Of a DNA stretch of 64,000 nt, positions 23,577 through 36,510 are shown in pieces. This stretch comes from Tubulanus polymorphus. Lineage: Eukaryota > Animalia > Nemertea. Under the pieces are notes generated by a model, which worked only from the letters and a program-made list of their open reading frames with translations, was not told the DNA's origin and did not search any database. The stretch lies in contig NC_134034.1 in NCBI RefSeq assembly GCF_964204645.1, forward strand, positions 9,250,962 through 9,314,961, in the 5' to 3' direction. Position 1 is the first letter of the stretch. Each line of letters begins with the position of its first letter. The translations under genes and the position numbers were made by a program.

Positions 23577-26500
23577 ATGGCAAACATATCGGGTACGTTT
23601 TTTCATGAGCGCAACTGGACGATACGATCTATAACTACCAATATACCTTCTTTAATAATACGAAACATAGCCGATGAAGATGAACAATTTGGATTGATAG
23701 AAGATATACGACCGGCTAACAAAGTTGGATCTGTAAAAGTAAGTCCTACAACACATCGTACTATAGCTGAATTTCCTAGGAGAAAACTCCACACTAAAAA
23801 TTGTGATTTTTATTTTAGGTTCACTTGAGAAGTGGACAAATCATACTACTTGCGTTGCAAAACTTTATCGCCTCACGATCTGCCCCAAGAATAAGCAATC
23901 AATCGAAGCAGTCACGTTCCAGTTTCATCCAAGAATTCATGAATATATATAAACAAAATGGTAAGACAATGAGATGGATAAAACGCTTTGCTTATTATAA
24001 TCTTTGTGTCACGTCTCTCATTAAAATAGTTAGAAACTTAACAGGCAATCTACGTACTTATTTTATTGCAATACACCTATATATGTCCTCTTCCACCAAA
24101 ATGAGGGTTGGTTAGGTTTTCTGAATCCAATTATTGACTCAAATTAGATATTCTCCCAGACACATTAAAACAGTCATAATATGCAAAATAATTTTTTGAA
24201 TATTCTTCTAGTTTCAATCGATAAAGAATCCGTCGGTTCGTCCACCATGAACAACAGTTGCTGCGCATCCGTTTCGGGTAAGATAAATTGGAAAAACCTT
24301 GAACACTAGTAATTTGTGCAAAATAGAGAGGTTCTTAGGCTCAATCATATTATTTTTCTAGGTCCTGATAATCCTGAAAAATTGAATGCATTGGCATATT
24401 TCAAAGGTGAATATTATATTTTGGTATCATTTTCGCAATCATACCATTGAAATTATATTACATATAATATATAGTGTTCATTAAGTGTCTTCATATATGA
24501 ATGCCATATATCGATATATTTCATTCTTCATTTATAGAAATCACTATTATCTCCGTTGACCGCCTCATAGCACCTACCTGGGAAATAAGCTTACGCGATT
24601 TGAATAGCAAGCATGTCAAATTCCTAAAAGATCGCTTTCTCAAAGAGCCTCAAGTACACAGCATTTTCTTGGTACGGGAGAGTGATGAACACAAGGGGAA
24701 ATTTGAAATTATTGGCGGAAACCATTCTAGAGTTGCATTGCAAGAAATAATGGATGATGAAGGTAGAGTTTCCTATCATCTATTTGCATCGAACTGTAAT
24801 TTTGACACATGTTGCCCATCTAAACAGACAAAGGTTTTTGTAACTCCAACGAGTCAACCAATTAACCCTAGGCCCAACTTGTGGGCAATTACTTAACCAA
24901 TGAATTCATAAGTTAACTTTACGATTTTCACCTTACGTTTAATGACGAAATATTGGACTCTTTGAACTGCTTCGTAAATTAGATATAACATTAATTCTTT
25001 TCCGTCAAAATTTAACAGAACAGAATTGTGTTGCTAACCTCCCCGTCATTAAAATACGGTAGCTCATACCACCCATCGATTGAAATAATTCAGTTTCTCT
25101 CCAGGGCTCCATTCAGTAAATAAATCCATGAATAGCTCAATCCACGATAACTGAATACAAAAATAGATGATAGTTGCCAACAGTGCACCATCAGCCTACG
25201 TACATATTTTGGGCAGTTCCCCCAGTTTCTATTCTTCAGTATGATATTTACATAAAGATGCACGCAAAATACATATTTAGGTTATATCATGGAGTTTTAT
25301 ATGTCCATAGTTATATGGAATAATAGTCGCATATCATTACATGTATTTGAATATTGACTCTTAGATAGTTTAATCGTTTAATGCTTACTGAAAATCAAAT
25401 CAAATGATGTTTCGTTTCGTCTTACTAGTGGCCATCGTCATGTATAAAAATGAAATGCCACAGTAGGAAAAATGCCAAACGAAGTTATTTCAATACATGA
25501 ATTTAAGTGAAACTGCAATAATTGTTAACAATCTTATTTATGGTCTCTTTCTATCCAATTTCTTACTTATATTCGCGATTGTATTTCAGCACCCCCTCCC
25601 CAGTTTGCCCTTCTTTAATTCTGTTTAGCCTGTAACTTGTTAACGTGGCACATTGTGATGCTGGATTTTTCTCATTCACAGAGATCGACTATGACACGAA
25701 GCAGGTATACAAGACACAGCTATGTCGAGTATACACAAAAGATATGCCCAATGATGTAGCTCTACACCTGGCCCTGGAACATAATTATTCAAATAAACGC
25801 GTATTGGACACGAAGTTCGTCGACTTGGTAAAAACAATGCGCATTGCATTGTTCTCAAAAGCTAACCTAAGAAATATAGGGCTGGACCCACCATCTGACC
25901 AAAGGACGATACAGAACTGGAAGATATCTCTTGAAGTTTTCTTTGGAATGCAGGTTACAATCGTTTACGTCAAATGCTTCTTGAAATTATTCGCGTATTC
26001 AATGTTTTATTAAAAGCTTTTAATGGTATTGTTTACTTATTTATAGAGAAAACAACTAAACAACGCTTATCGAATTCATATGCGAGCCGCTCAGTTTAAC
26101 TCAGAGATTTGGAAGTTGTGGGTTGACTTTTACACAAAGTGGAGTGAAGGGGATCTGAAAGGCCAACAGTATGATTCCAAAGGCTATATGGATGAGCGCC
26201 CGTTAAGACCAATTACGGTGAAAACCGTTACCCCATTAATGCGGCTAGACAATAAACAAATGGAGTATACCCTCAGGAAACTTATCGACCGCAAATTAGA
26301 GATTAAGAATATTACTCTGCATGTATCTGAAATGTAAGAACTGACGTAATCGAAGTCGTAAATCAAATAGTCAATTTATCAATACCAACCGATGTACAAT
26401 TTCATTACACCACAATTAAAAACGTACAAAATTTCAGACTCTCATTCAGGTTTGTTTGAAACGTTTCAAGGGATATGGGATGAGGAATGTTAAGTAAAAG

Positions 26501-28400
26501 AGTGAGCGAAATTTAGAGCGTAATTTACGCACGAGAAGGAGTCGCTATTCTTTTTCCGATATTCTACCAGTTAATAAATTAGGTTATAAAGATAGTTAAT
26601 TTATTCTAAAACCTTGAGCAGTGATAAGATAATATTCTGATTTTCAGGCAAAAGTCAAGTGCGCAGGTACCCCAGAAAGTACCTAGTTCTAAGGTACGGT
26701 TTATATCAATGTAACTATTACGACTTATGCGTGTTTCCGTGAAATTGTGAATAACAAGAATCGTTTCTTACAGATAAATTTGCATAGTGAAATGGAGTTC
26801 GAAACCACTGGTAATGAAGACGATCACCCGCAAAATATAGAGGTAGAAACATTTAAAAAAATCTATCCCACCTCCCCGATTCACTCAAAGATGGGTCCGC
26901 TCATTATTATTTCTATTTCCACACAGAGTACACGACTAAGTTTCGTTGACTCAGAACCGGCAACCAACTTGAGTCTCGAGATCTCTGAAATTCCAGTGCA
27001 CCAGGGTGAAACAATGGACATTCTTTCATCTGAGCTTGACGCAATTAAGGTAAAGCATCCATCAATATTCATAGTCCAATGTTATGAGAAGCCAAATATG
27101 CAACACACATATTTTATTCTAATGTTTATATTTCATATTCCAAGGAAAAGTCTTCCATGCTGGAACGGACAGTAGAGAAATTGAAAAAAGAGAAAGAGCA
27201 ATCTGAAGTATGCTACCCGGTGTTCTCCTGAAAAAAAATCTCCATTAATTCACTACAATATTTAACTTATAAACTTGGTATTTAGGAGTCATTGCGTGTA
27301 CTGAAAGTGAAAAACATATGTTTAGAGGATGAATTAAAGCGACTGAAGGTACCAATACCGGTTTAATGATTAAACATTTCTTCTAAAATGTCGCTTGTAT
27401 TGCTTCTTTAGAAATTTAATTCATAGAATTATTCAAACATATCTTATGTTTTTATAGCAAAGTCATACTGAGAAGGATAACGAAATAAGACATTTAAAAA
27501 AGGTGGGCATGAGCTGGATTTATGGTTTATTATTGTAATGCATTAAATCAAAGTAAATTGTGATGAGTTAAATTTTTCGTTTACCTGTGAATTTACAAAC
27601 ACTATTTCAATTTCGATTGTTATTTCAGATTGAATCAGCTGCAAAAAAAACGAAAAATCCAGGCAGGAGAAGTCGGTATGTCACCGTAATATTATTCGGA
27701 AGTTTTCGCACCTAAAGCTGCTGTGAAGTGAATTTTCAAATATTTATTCTTGGAAGTTATCTAATTTGATAATTCTAATTAATGTTTTCTGATTTTCATA
27801 TATCAATCTCAATACATGATATTCAAATCCTTTTACTCATTGATTTGATGTAAAAAAAATTGGACCTATATAATGAATCGTGATAAACACATTTTATTAC
27901 GATATTTCTTAATATAGTCGAGATGGTGAATATAAGTGTCGTGTCACCAGATTTCGACAAAAGCCTTTCTCTGTACGACGTTGGCGATGATTCCCTAGCA
28001 ACAGAGGTATGATAAGACTCTACGTTAAAATATGTACTTGATTGTATCTCAACAAGCTTTATTTTTTTTATCTTAACTTATTCTTTATTTCTATTTCCAG
28101 ATTCAAGAAGGTGATGTCTTGTTGGTTGATTGGGTCGGGTATGGCATATATTTAGCTGTATATAAGGAAGGAATGCTGTGGAATGCGAAGAAGCCAGTTT
28201 ATAAGAATAACCGACATGTCATTAATTCAGAAGATTATTTATTACTGAATGCTGAAGATAAACAAGAACTGAAATGTGGAGGGAAGACTTTTATATGTAA
28301 AGTTCCAGCTTCACTGGACGATGTTGAATCATCAATAATTGGAGTAAAAGATGCTTGGATTTACCTTATGGTGAAAAAATATATACAGAGTAAAATGTAA
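23577..28400 (+). CDS. 17-exon gene: ParB/Srx-like domain, coiled coil and small C-terminal beta-rich domain
   Basis: GT-AG exons join in compatible phases except for one extra A in the A8 run at 27643-27650. Motifs: LRDLNSKHVKFLKDRF, FEIIGGNHSRVALQEI, CRVY...VALHLALEHN. Confidence 0.75.
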
Positions 28401-28719
28401 ATATTTCTATTTAGTCGTTATAAAGACTTGATTTAGACACCGATAATACCGATTAGACGCGAATATCGTAACGAAGAATAACTCAATGTGCATACTTCAG
28501 ATCACTGCTGGATATTCATAACACTTGAAAGTCAGAGTATTCATTGAACATTGTAGTTGGTTTATTTGCTAGTCTAGATTACTATTCGAACACTATTAAA
28601 CTGCCACGATTTAGCGGAAATCCACCCACTTAAAGTGGATTACCATGAATTAAACCGAAGAACGTATAAACACGCTATAATCGCAGCGTGACAATATATA
28701 AATATTATATATTAATACA

Positions 28720-29017
28720 TTAATATACGTAATTGCTAGGCCTATATTAATATACGTAATTGCTAGGCCTATATTGATATACGTAATTGCTAGGCCTATA
28801 TTAATATACGTAATTGCTAGGCCTATATTAATATACGTAATTGCTAGGCCTATATTAATATACGTAATTGCTAGGCCTATATTGATATACGTAATTGCTA
28901 GGCCTATATTGATATACGTAATTGCTAGGCCTATATTAATATACGTAATTGCTAGGCCTATATTAATATACATAATTGCTAGGCCTATATTAATATACAT
29001 AATTGCTAGGCCTATAT
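28720..29017. repeat. 27-bp minisatellite, about 11 copies
   Basis: GCTAGGCCTATATTAATATACGTAATT in tandem. Confidence 0.95.
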
Positions 29018-29539
29018 AATTTCGTACCAGTTAATTTTTATCAATATGTGTTTGGTTATTTTTACGTTCCTGTAGGGTAGAATAGAATATTGAGTGTTGA
29101 GTCTGAACCGAATATTGTTCATTGTCTAATAAAGTTAGCTGAGATTTTTTGAAATTTTTGCTTTGTTTTCTACTTTCTTGAAGTCGATTCTTTGGTGGAT
29201 TTTAGAATTCTAATGTCGAGTTGAAATGAGGTCCGCATATCACAGTATTTGAGTCTATTTTGGCCAGAGGCTTGGATTTTGACATTCCATGCCAAAATGA
29301 GTTCCCGGAACTCACTGTTGCTGGGTTTTCGGTAACGCTAGCCATTGAGGATAGGAATTTGATTAGACCGGTGTCCGCTGTGCGCAAATCAATGACATAA
29401 TAACCAAACATCGCCGATTCTAAGCCGGCTTGAGATTGAGGTTAAGTGGCTCCCGTGGCTTCAATTCAAAGAAAACAGGTTTTCACCTACTCCAAATTTA
29501 AGCCGAAAACAGGGAAATTAACTGTATTTTCCTTATTTG

Positions 29540-30560
29540 TCGCATACATGCTTATATTCGTTTGAGGGCTGTTCCCTAATACCGACGTGTCACGCTTCCG
29601 CCCCGCGAAACGGACACTTTCTCTTTTGGGTCATACGAACTGTTATTACCAGAGAGACTGTCATCTCTATTAGAGAGACCATCTCCATCACCCGAACTAC
29701 CGTTACCGGCTGACAAAGGCCTGTTATCCATGTTTCTACTCGGACATACGCGACGGATATGCCCAACGCCGCCACAGGAAAAACACGTCCGCTGCGAAGG
29801 TGTGGGCAGCCTTGGACGAAACCCAAACGAAGAAGCTCCTCCGTAGCCCTACCTGACTCCTAAAGGGAGGTCTTGGAGGAGGGACCCACAACCTAGGACG
29901 GTTCTCCAATTTAGCCTCGATAGCGGCCATCCGCTTCATCACCTGATCAAAACGCCTTTCCCACGAGGAGGCGGGATCCCCAGAGTGACCGGGTGTGTCT
30001 TTCGAAGACACTTGAGAATTCATAAGTTTTTTCGGAGGCACCACAGACTTGGAATCTCTCCGTTCCGTTTCCCCTTCAATCTTTCTAGCCTCTGTTACGA
30101 TCTCGTAATAGGTCGCGTTGGAATAAAAGAGAAAGCGTGTTCCCATGCGCACCATCTCATTACGGAGACCACGCCAAAACTGACCACGGAGTGTCTCGGA
30201 ACCGACAGCGCCCGCTCCTCCTGGCAGACCACGGACACGAGCAGCTACATCCTCAAGCCTACAAGACCACTGTGCCACTGACTCGTCCGCCTTCTGCGAA
30301 ATCATATAAAACTGGGCTAAGCCTTCCTCTACCGAAAAGATTTCCCCAAAAACAACCTCTCTAGAATGGTGGATACATCCGCGTTCGGACCACAATTAAA
30401 CAGAACAGCCGCAGCATCCCCTCTGAGGGAAGTATATTTTTGATAATGACTCATACCATAAGATGATAAATTATGTCTTACGATGCTAAACAGACAGGAA
30501 CGGGGAGGGACTAGCATGGCCCACGACGTGCCGCTAGAGTGAACTCAATACCATTGACTT
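29540..30560 (-). mobile_element. Gypsy-like gag fragment (PNMA/retrotransposon capsid plus CCHC knuckle), frameshifted
   Basis: QFYMISQKADESVAQWSCRLE...LRGQFWRGLRNE; RTCFSCGGVGHIRRVCP at about 29740-29795 in another frame. Confidence 0.85.
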
Positions 30561-30652
30561 CGAATCCTAACAGGAGAATACGTCTCCCATGATGCTATCA
30601 GGTACCAGTGAAATAGAAAATTTGGGCGGTGAGGCGTTTGAAAGATGCTTAC

Positions 30653-30785
30653 CTGCGTATTTACTTCTCGGAGATCTTGCAACGGATTTCACTCGGCTAT
30701 ATTCCGTTTCTTTAGGGAATTGTGCCCAGAAACTAATGACCATTGGCGTCACTACGATAGTTGGACCAACAGCGTTAGTTCGCAT
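30653..30785 (-). pseudogene. Orphan exon paralogous to exon 6 of the DCXR-like gene
   Basis: 133-bp exon with AG/GTAAG sites; same length and phase as 52037-52169; 30/44 aa identical by manual count. Confidence 0.85.
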
Positions 30786-32679
30786 CTAACCAACACAAAG
30801 TAAACGATAAGACGATTTTAAATAAAGGACCAATGGCCCAGAAGCTCACCGACACGATAATCTGAGAAGTAAAAGGAAGAAAGCGAAATATGCTTTCAAA
30901 GAAGTGGCTGCTGACCTGGTCCCAATAAGTAATTGGTCAGGATGATCTTATCGAGCGCTTAAGTCTGGCATTGTTAATCTTACCAGTCAATGCTGTGACA
31001 ACATTGAACTTTGCATTTGAAATTGGGGTGGAGGGGGGGGGGTAATAATCAAAGCTTAGCTGACAAAGAACCATGAGATGGAGAGGTAACACTTCATATA
31101 AAATAAAATGTTTTATTTTTTTGCAAAATAACAAGCTAATTTTTTTACAATAACTTGAATCTTGAATAGTTCGGATGTTCCGTCGTACATGTATTTAGGT
31201 TATGGTTTCCCGTGAACGTCGTAATTTGTGTTATAAGTTTAATGACTGCTACTCGCCAGATCATTACCTAAACATGAGGCCCTGAAGGTAAAAAAGAGAA
31301 AATATATGTTTTACTGATGCTTCTGTATTCCATTGCCCTAGCAAACTAATTAATGACCAAATATCGCGAGTTGCTAAATTACGCTAAATATTAAGTTCGT
31401 TCGTTCGCATCGCCTCGAAATTTCAGCCTGGCCACCCTCAAGAAATGTTTTAAACGCCTGTGCAATGTTCTATCAACATCGTTGGAGAAACTGTTTTCAT
31501 GCACAAACACGCATTGTAGCGACAGATAAGAAGACAAAGCAATTCAAACCCACCGTTCATATCGCTAAATCAGGTCATTAATTATGTTGTTATAACTTTT
31601 TTCGGAAATAATTCAGTAATCGCAAATTCGCTATTAAAATAGCTTCAGGGACAGCCGAAAATGTGGAGAGCTCTCAATTGGCAAGCCGGTGCTGCCATCA
31701 TTAATCGGTATTGCGCAATCGCAAGGCCAGTAAATCCATTGAGTAAAAAGTGGAGGGGTGGAAGATTATTATTTTCTCCTAATAACCTATAGTAGCAAAC
31801 GATATAGCTGAAAAAAGTTTGTATTCCGATTCAGCAGGCATTTTTTTAAAAAAGGAGGTCCAGTCATGTAAAAATGAAGGTCTTTTTATTGGATATACAT
31901 TGTGATTCGTTTATTCATCAGGAGAAACTGAAGACTTACCTCCCTCCCTCGTACATGTACCATACCCGACGACTGGTGGAAGTTAATACGCTACGGTTTC
32001 TTCGAGTATCTTGACGTCGACGGTACTCTTATTTCAAGAGTCAGTGACCAAAGTATAAAAATGTAAAGTGCTTTTCCGCCATTTTAACAGTAATCGTCAA
32101 TACACAGCTTGATATTTTACAAAATGGATCTATTTTAGCGAGGATCCACCTGTCATTCTACACAGTGTTAAGCGCATGCGCATCTGCTAATGATTATTCA
32201 TGACTTAGGTCATTCCAGGTCAAGTCAAACTATATTAAAGCTAAGGAAATTTTCTAATTATCTAAAATTTTACAGCAGATCAATCACATCGCAACGAAAT
32301 TCGCACAATAGCGAGTGTTAGGCTATTTGAATCAATAATCTGCAACAAGAAATACGACCGGGTATATCACCGTTTCAAAATGTGGCTTGTTAACATCACT
32401 TTCTAGCAATATTGGCACAAGACCAACTAGACCGTTGGCATAAGAAAACGGTAGTTATCAAATCCAAAACGTCGTAATTGGCAGAATTTCTTACGTAAAG
32501 AAGAGGACACAATAGGCCGTTGCAGGCTTTGAACACCAGCACTAAAATATGGCACCCGGACCGAATGGACGCAAATCTTTAGCCGGAATCAATAACTTAG
32601 ATTTTTGGTTCGGACAAAAACATATTTGTTGCGACGGAAAAAAACATAATTTTACGAGCGAAGGTGTTCGAACGAGCGA

Positions 32680-33010
32680 AGCCGTTTTTATGAGCATGCG
32701 ATTTTTGCGATCGATTTCGTGAACGATTTGCTCCAATCGAACGCTCGTAGAAATGACGATGGTTTAGGCTAGTCACGCGACCTAAACATGGCGACGATGA
32801 GAAAAAGATTGTATCTTTATCAACTACCCAGTACCGCCATCTTGGAAATCAAATCAACAAATCGCTCGCCGAGCGAGTTGGTCGATTTCAATAGTCGATT
32901 GAAAATCGTGTTCTCAAAAACGCTGATCGTGAAATCGATCCCAAAAATTGGTGCTCGTAAATGCGTTTCTACGATCGATCGCAAAAATCAGATGCTCGTA
33001 AAAAAGCCTC
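32680..33010. mobile_element. MITE with imperfect TIRs
   Basis: TTTTTATGAGCATGCGATTTTTGCGATCGAT / ATCGATCGCAAAAATCAGATGCTCGTAAAAA. Confidence 0.6.
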
Positions 33011-33639
33011 AAAGATCCTTTCATTTGGGGCTCTCGTCATCAGGAATTAATAAAATACCAGTTTCATTAATGATGAAAAACTCAAATGAAAAGTCTGAAA
33101 GCCGTCTGGTCAGACGAAATTTTCAAAAAATATCTTCATTTTTGCCAATAAAATATCGTTGATAATTGTGATTGATCATTGAAATTCAGAACCAGTGAAT
33201 CACTAATACCAATTTTTGCGCAATTTGTGTAATGCTGAAACCATCCACAAATTAATGCAATAAAACGCACTGGATTAGAAAATTCTAAGACATATCCACG
33301 AAAATTGGGATTCGAACGCGCAAGCTAACGGATGCAAGCCTAACGTTTTCCCCCAGCGCTGTCGCCGAAGCGGCCAGGAATCGCAACTTTCTTCTTCTTC
33401 TTCTCTCGTTGACTGTCAGCATCAACTTGTTGATGGATATAACAGTTTTCGGGTGTGCGCAGAGGAATAAATAAGTATCAGGGAGAAATCTAAAAAAAGA
33501 AATTTTTTTGTTTTTTTTTGTTTTAATTATAATAGCCACGAATATACTATTGGCTAGGGAGAGCAGCCTTGAAGCTTGCAAGGCTGCCGACTGACACCAG
33601 GTCTGCAGGGAGTTTATTCCACTCTCGGATACTTATAGC

Positions 33640-34730
33640 CTCATCCTAACTCTACCCTCGAAATCAGTGACACCACCGTCAACTTCCTGGATGTGACCAC
33701 TTTCAAAGGCCCGCGATGCGAGACAAGTGGTATAATAGACACCAAAGTCAACTTCAAACCAACCGATTTGCATCAATTACTACATCGATCTTCGTTTCAC
33801 CCTAAGCACACATTTTCCGGTATAGTTAAAAGTCAAAGGTCGTGGCTACAAAGACCGCGAACTGCGACACATCAAAAGCCAAGCTCGAACGAGATCAACG
33901 AGAACCACAACGGGCCAACGAACCCCCGAAAAAGCGTCTACCTATATCTTACCTTATCTTACCCCACTCCGGAGCCAACCGAATCCTAGCCCGTAACATC
34001 CGAACCAGATTATAGCGGAACTGGCTACGGCCACCGGCCGGTCGGACGAGGTATCCAAGGTTACCGCCTACGCCAAGCAAAAGAGTCTCAAAGATCTCCT
34101 AACGTCGTCGCAGCTCAAACCCACGGAGCCACCCCCTCCCCGAGTCCCCTCTTCATCGCATCATAACCGAAATACTTCCGTTGTTTCCAATTCTTCTATT
34201 TCCAGGTCTACTCAAAGAACTCCGTCAACCCGACGTCGAGGCGCCAAGAAATGCAGAACACCGAGATGTCGCACGTGTCCCCTCATCCGAGAAACAACCG
34301 TTTGCCGCAGCCACAACAAAATGCACGCGATCCGCAGCACAATTGATTGCGCTACCCGTGAAATTGTATTGTCTCTACGAGAATGCGTCACACATCACGT
34401 CCCACGCATCAGAACGAAGAATTCGACTCCAGTCTCGGACCACTTTAACCAGGTCGACCACACCCGCCAACACTTTCGGGTGTACGGTCTCCAACACCTA
34501 CCAGGCTCGACGAGACCGATCCGCGAAGCAGCCGAACAAGACTGGATACGACGACTCGACACGAACACGCCCCGAGGCATCAACGTCCCGTAGACCACCT
34601 CACCACAAAAATTAATTCAAACTTATCTTATCAGGGATAACCCGCTGCCCGTGCACTAGTGGGGTCTCCAAATGGACCCTCTTGACCCTAAACCTAACCC
34701 TCTGGACCCTCTAGACCCTAAACCCTATCC
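33640..34730 (+). mobile_element. Penelope-like element (Neptune-like) 3' part: RT C-terminus and degenerate GIY-YIG endonuclease
   Basis: VNFLDVTTFKG...KPTDLHQLLHRSSFHPKHTFSGIVKSQ; VSDHFNQVDH...EQDWIRRLDTNTPRGIN; 3' CCCTAA-like repeats at 34686-34730. Confidence 0.85.
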
Positions 34731-35488
34731 CTTCTGCGATTCAAAAAGCCGCCATTTTGTATCTAAATTGCGGTTTTTGCTGAAAATCCATCTTAAATGT
34801 ATATATTCCACTTGGGAGGGCTAGTTCTTCGGTCCGCGCAGCTCGAGGTCGACTAGGACTCAGGAGCATTAGCGCTGCGGGCACCAACTAAAGAGTTCAC
34901 GGTAGTACCCGCGGTAGACTTTACATACCGCTCCGAATAAATAGTTGCGGGAAAAAATGTCACAACCCAAGTGGCAATCACCCCGTATTCAAACTATTAT
35001 AAATCGAAGATTTCAAAGGTGGCACGATGATTTGTTTGAAATCATCGTTCTCTGTATTACTGGTCAGGAAAAGAAGAAAATTATGTGAAGTAAAGTTCAT
35101 GTGTAGTAGTAGATTAAGATGTGAAGTAGAAGATAAAGAAATTATATAAACGGAAGCCAATCATTCATTACGAGCGGGTGGATCCATCGTTTTTAGATTA
35201 TTTGCCACGCGGGCGGCCTTGGTTCCCGGCAGCCGAAATTTCATTTGAAAATTAATTCGATGGGATTAATATAGTTTATAAATATCTCCCAGTTATGATG
35301 AGATGGGGATTTTGAAAAATCAATCTTGTGAGAATAGAATGGTACCGACGTATTTATAGTTTGGTATCGCGTAGGGACTGAGCCGGTGGATGTTATCCTC
35401 GTAAGTAGGCCTATACCATGAAGTTCGTTATTGGGATATCATAAAGGTGCTTTTGTCTAAATAATCCAGATGGAAAACATTGACGGAG

Positions 35489-35715
35489 CAGGGGCGGATC
35501 TAGGATTTTCCACGGGGGGTGTCCAATGAGAAAAAAGGACACTTTATACGAAACACCACGTACTCCGGATACATCTACACCATTTTACAGTCATTTCATG
35601 TGTTGAAACAATTATTATAGGTGGAAAACCTTGGTCCAAAAAATTTTGAAGTGACATTTTTTAGGGCACTTCATTTTTGAGGGGACACCCTGACATCCCC
35701 CTAGATCCGCCCCTG
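35489..35715. mobile_element. MITE of the CAGGGGCGGAT TIR family
   Basis: CAGGGGCGGATCTAGG / CCTAGATCCGCCCCTG, flanked by CGGAG and CCGAG. Confidence 0.75.
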
Positions 35716-36293
35716 CCGAGCCTACTGCATATTAAAACACAACAGTTAAAACACAACTGCAGTCTTGGTATACCGATATGATAAATAAGTTCACGATCAT
35801 ACAAACATTTCGGGGACAAAAATCAGTGGTCAGATAATTTCCTACAATTAAGCATATCCGACTTTTTCCCAATAGTTGAATAGCTCACAGACTGGGAATC
35901 ATAAAGTCTGGGGAAAAAATTTGTACGAACTGGCGTACGGTGGCGAACTTTTTAAATCTAAGAATAGTTGATTCCTACTCTTACTTCCATCGAGCGACTT
36001 CCTTTTGAAATTTAAAACTTATCATTCCTAGCTCACAAACGGTATAAACCTCGAAAATCACTCACTAGTAATGATTCTAGCTTATCTCGGAATTTACCAA
36101 TAATCCCTTAATGTGAAATTAAACTAGTGATGTCCAGCTCAGGGACTCGAATTTTACACAAACACTTGTGAAATTAAAAGAGCCATGATTTCAGTTCAGG
36201 AACACGGAATTTACCTAAATCACTTGTGAAATGCGATGATTTCAGCTCCATAAATGTAACTGTGTGACATCGCAAGAATCATTTGTTGTTCTG

Positions 36294-36399
36294 GGCCCAG
36301 TTTCACAAAAAGGATTAACTTGATTTTATTTCTTCATTAATTCAGATAATCTTAAATCGATTTCTAGGCCTAAAGTAATCATTTTTGTGAAACTGGGCC
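36294..36399. mobile_element. Harbinger-type MITE with CTG TSD
   Basis: CTG|GGCCCAGTTTCACAAAAA...TTTTTGTGAAACTGGGCC|CTG. Confidence 0.75.
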
Positions 36400-36510
36400 C
36401 TGGTGAGTTGTGTGTGATCCTATTGTCCCGGTTCAAGAAGCTTATTGTCCCCTATTACAGCGGTGATTAACCCTGATATAGCCATAAGAATACCCCGAGG
36501 ACAATTGTTA

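Noticed and set aside
23577-28400. Bacterial or plasmid contamination as the source of the ParB-like sequence
   Set aside because: The gene is split by 16 phase-consistent spliceosomal introns.
28650-29019. ORFs of repeated YINIGLAIT / IYVIARPIL
   Set aside because: Translations of the 27-bp minisatellite.
34686-34730. True telomere or interstitial telomeric array
   Set aside because: Only a few degenerate CCCTAA units, attached to the 3' end of a Penelope-like element.
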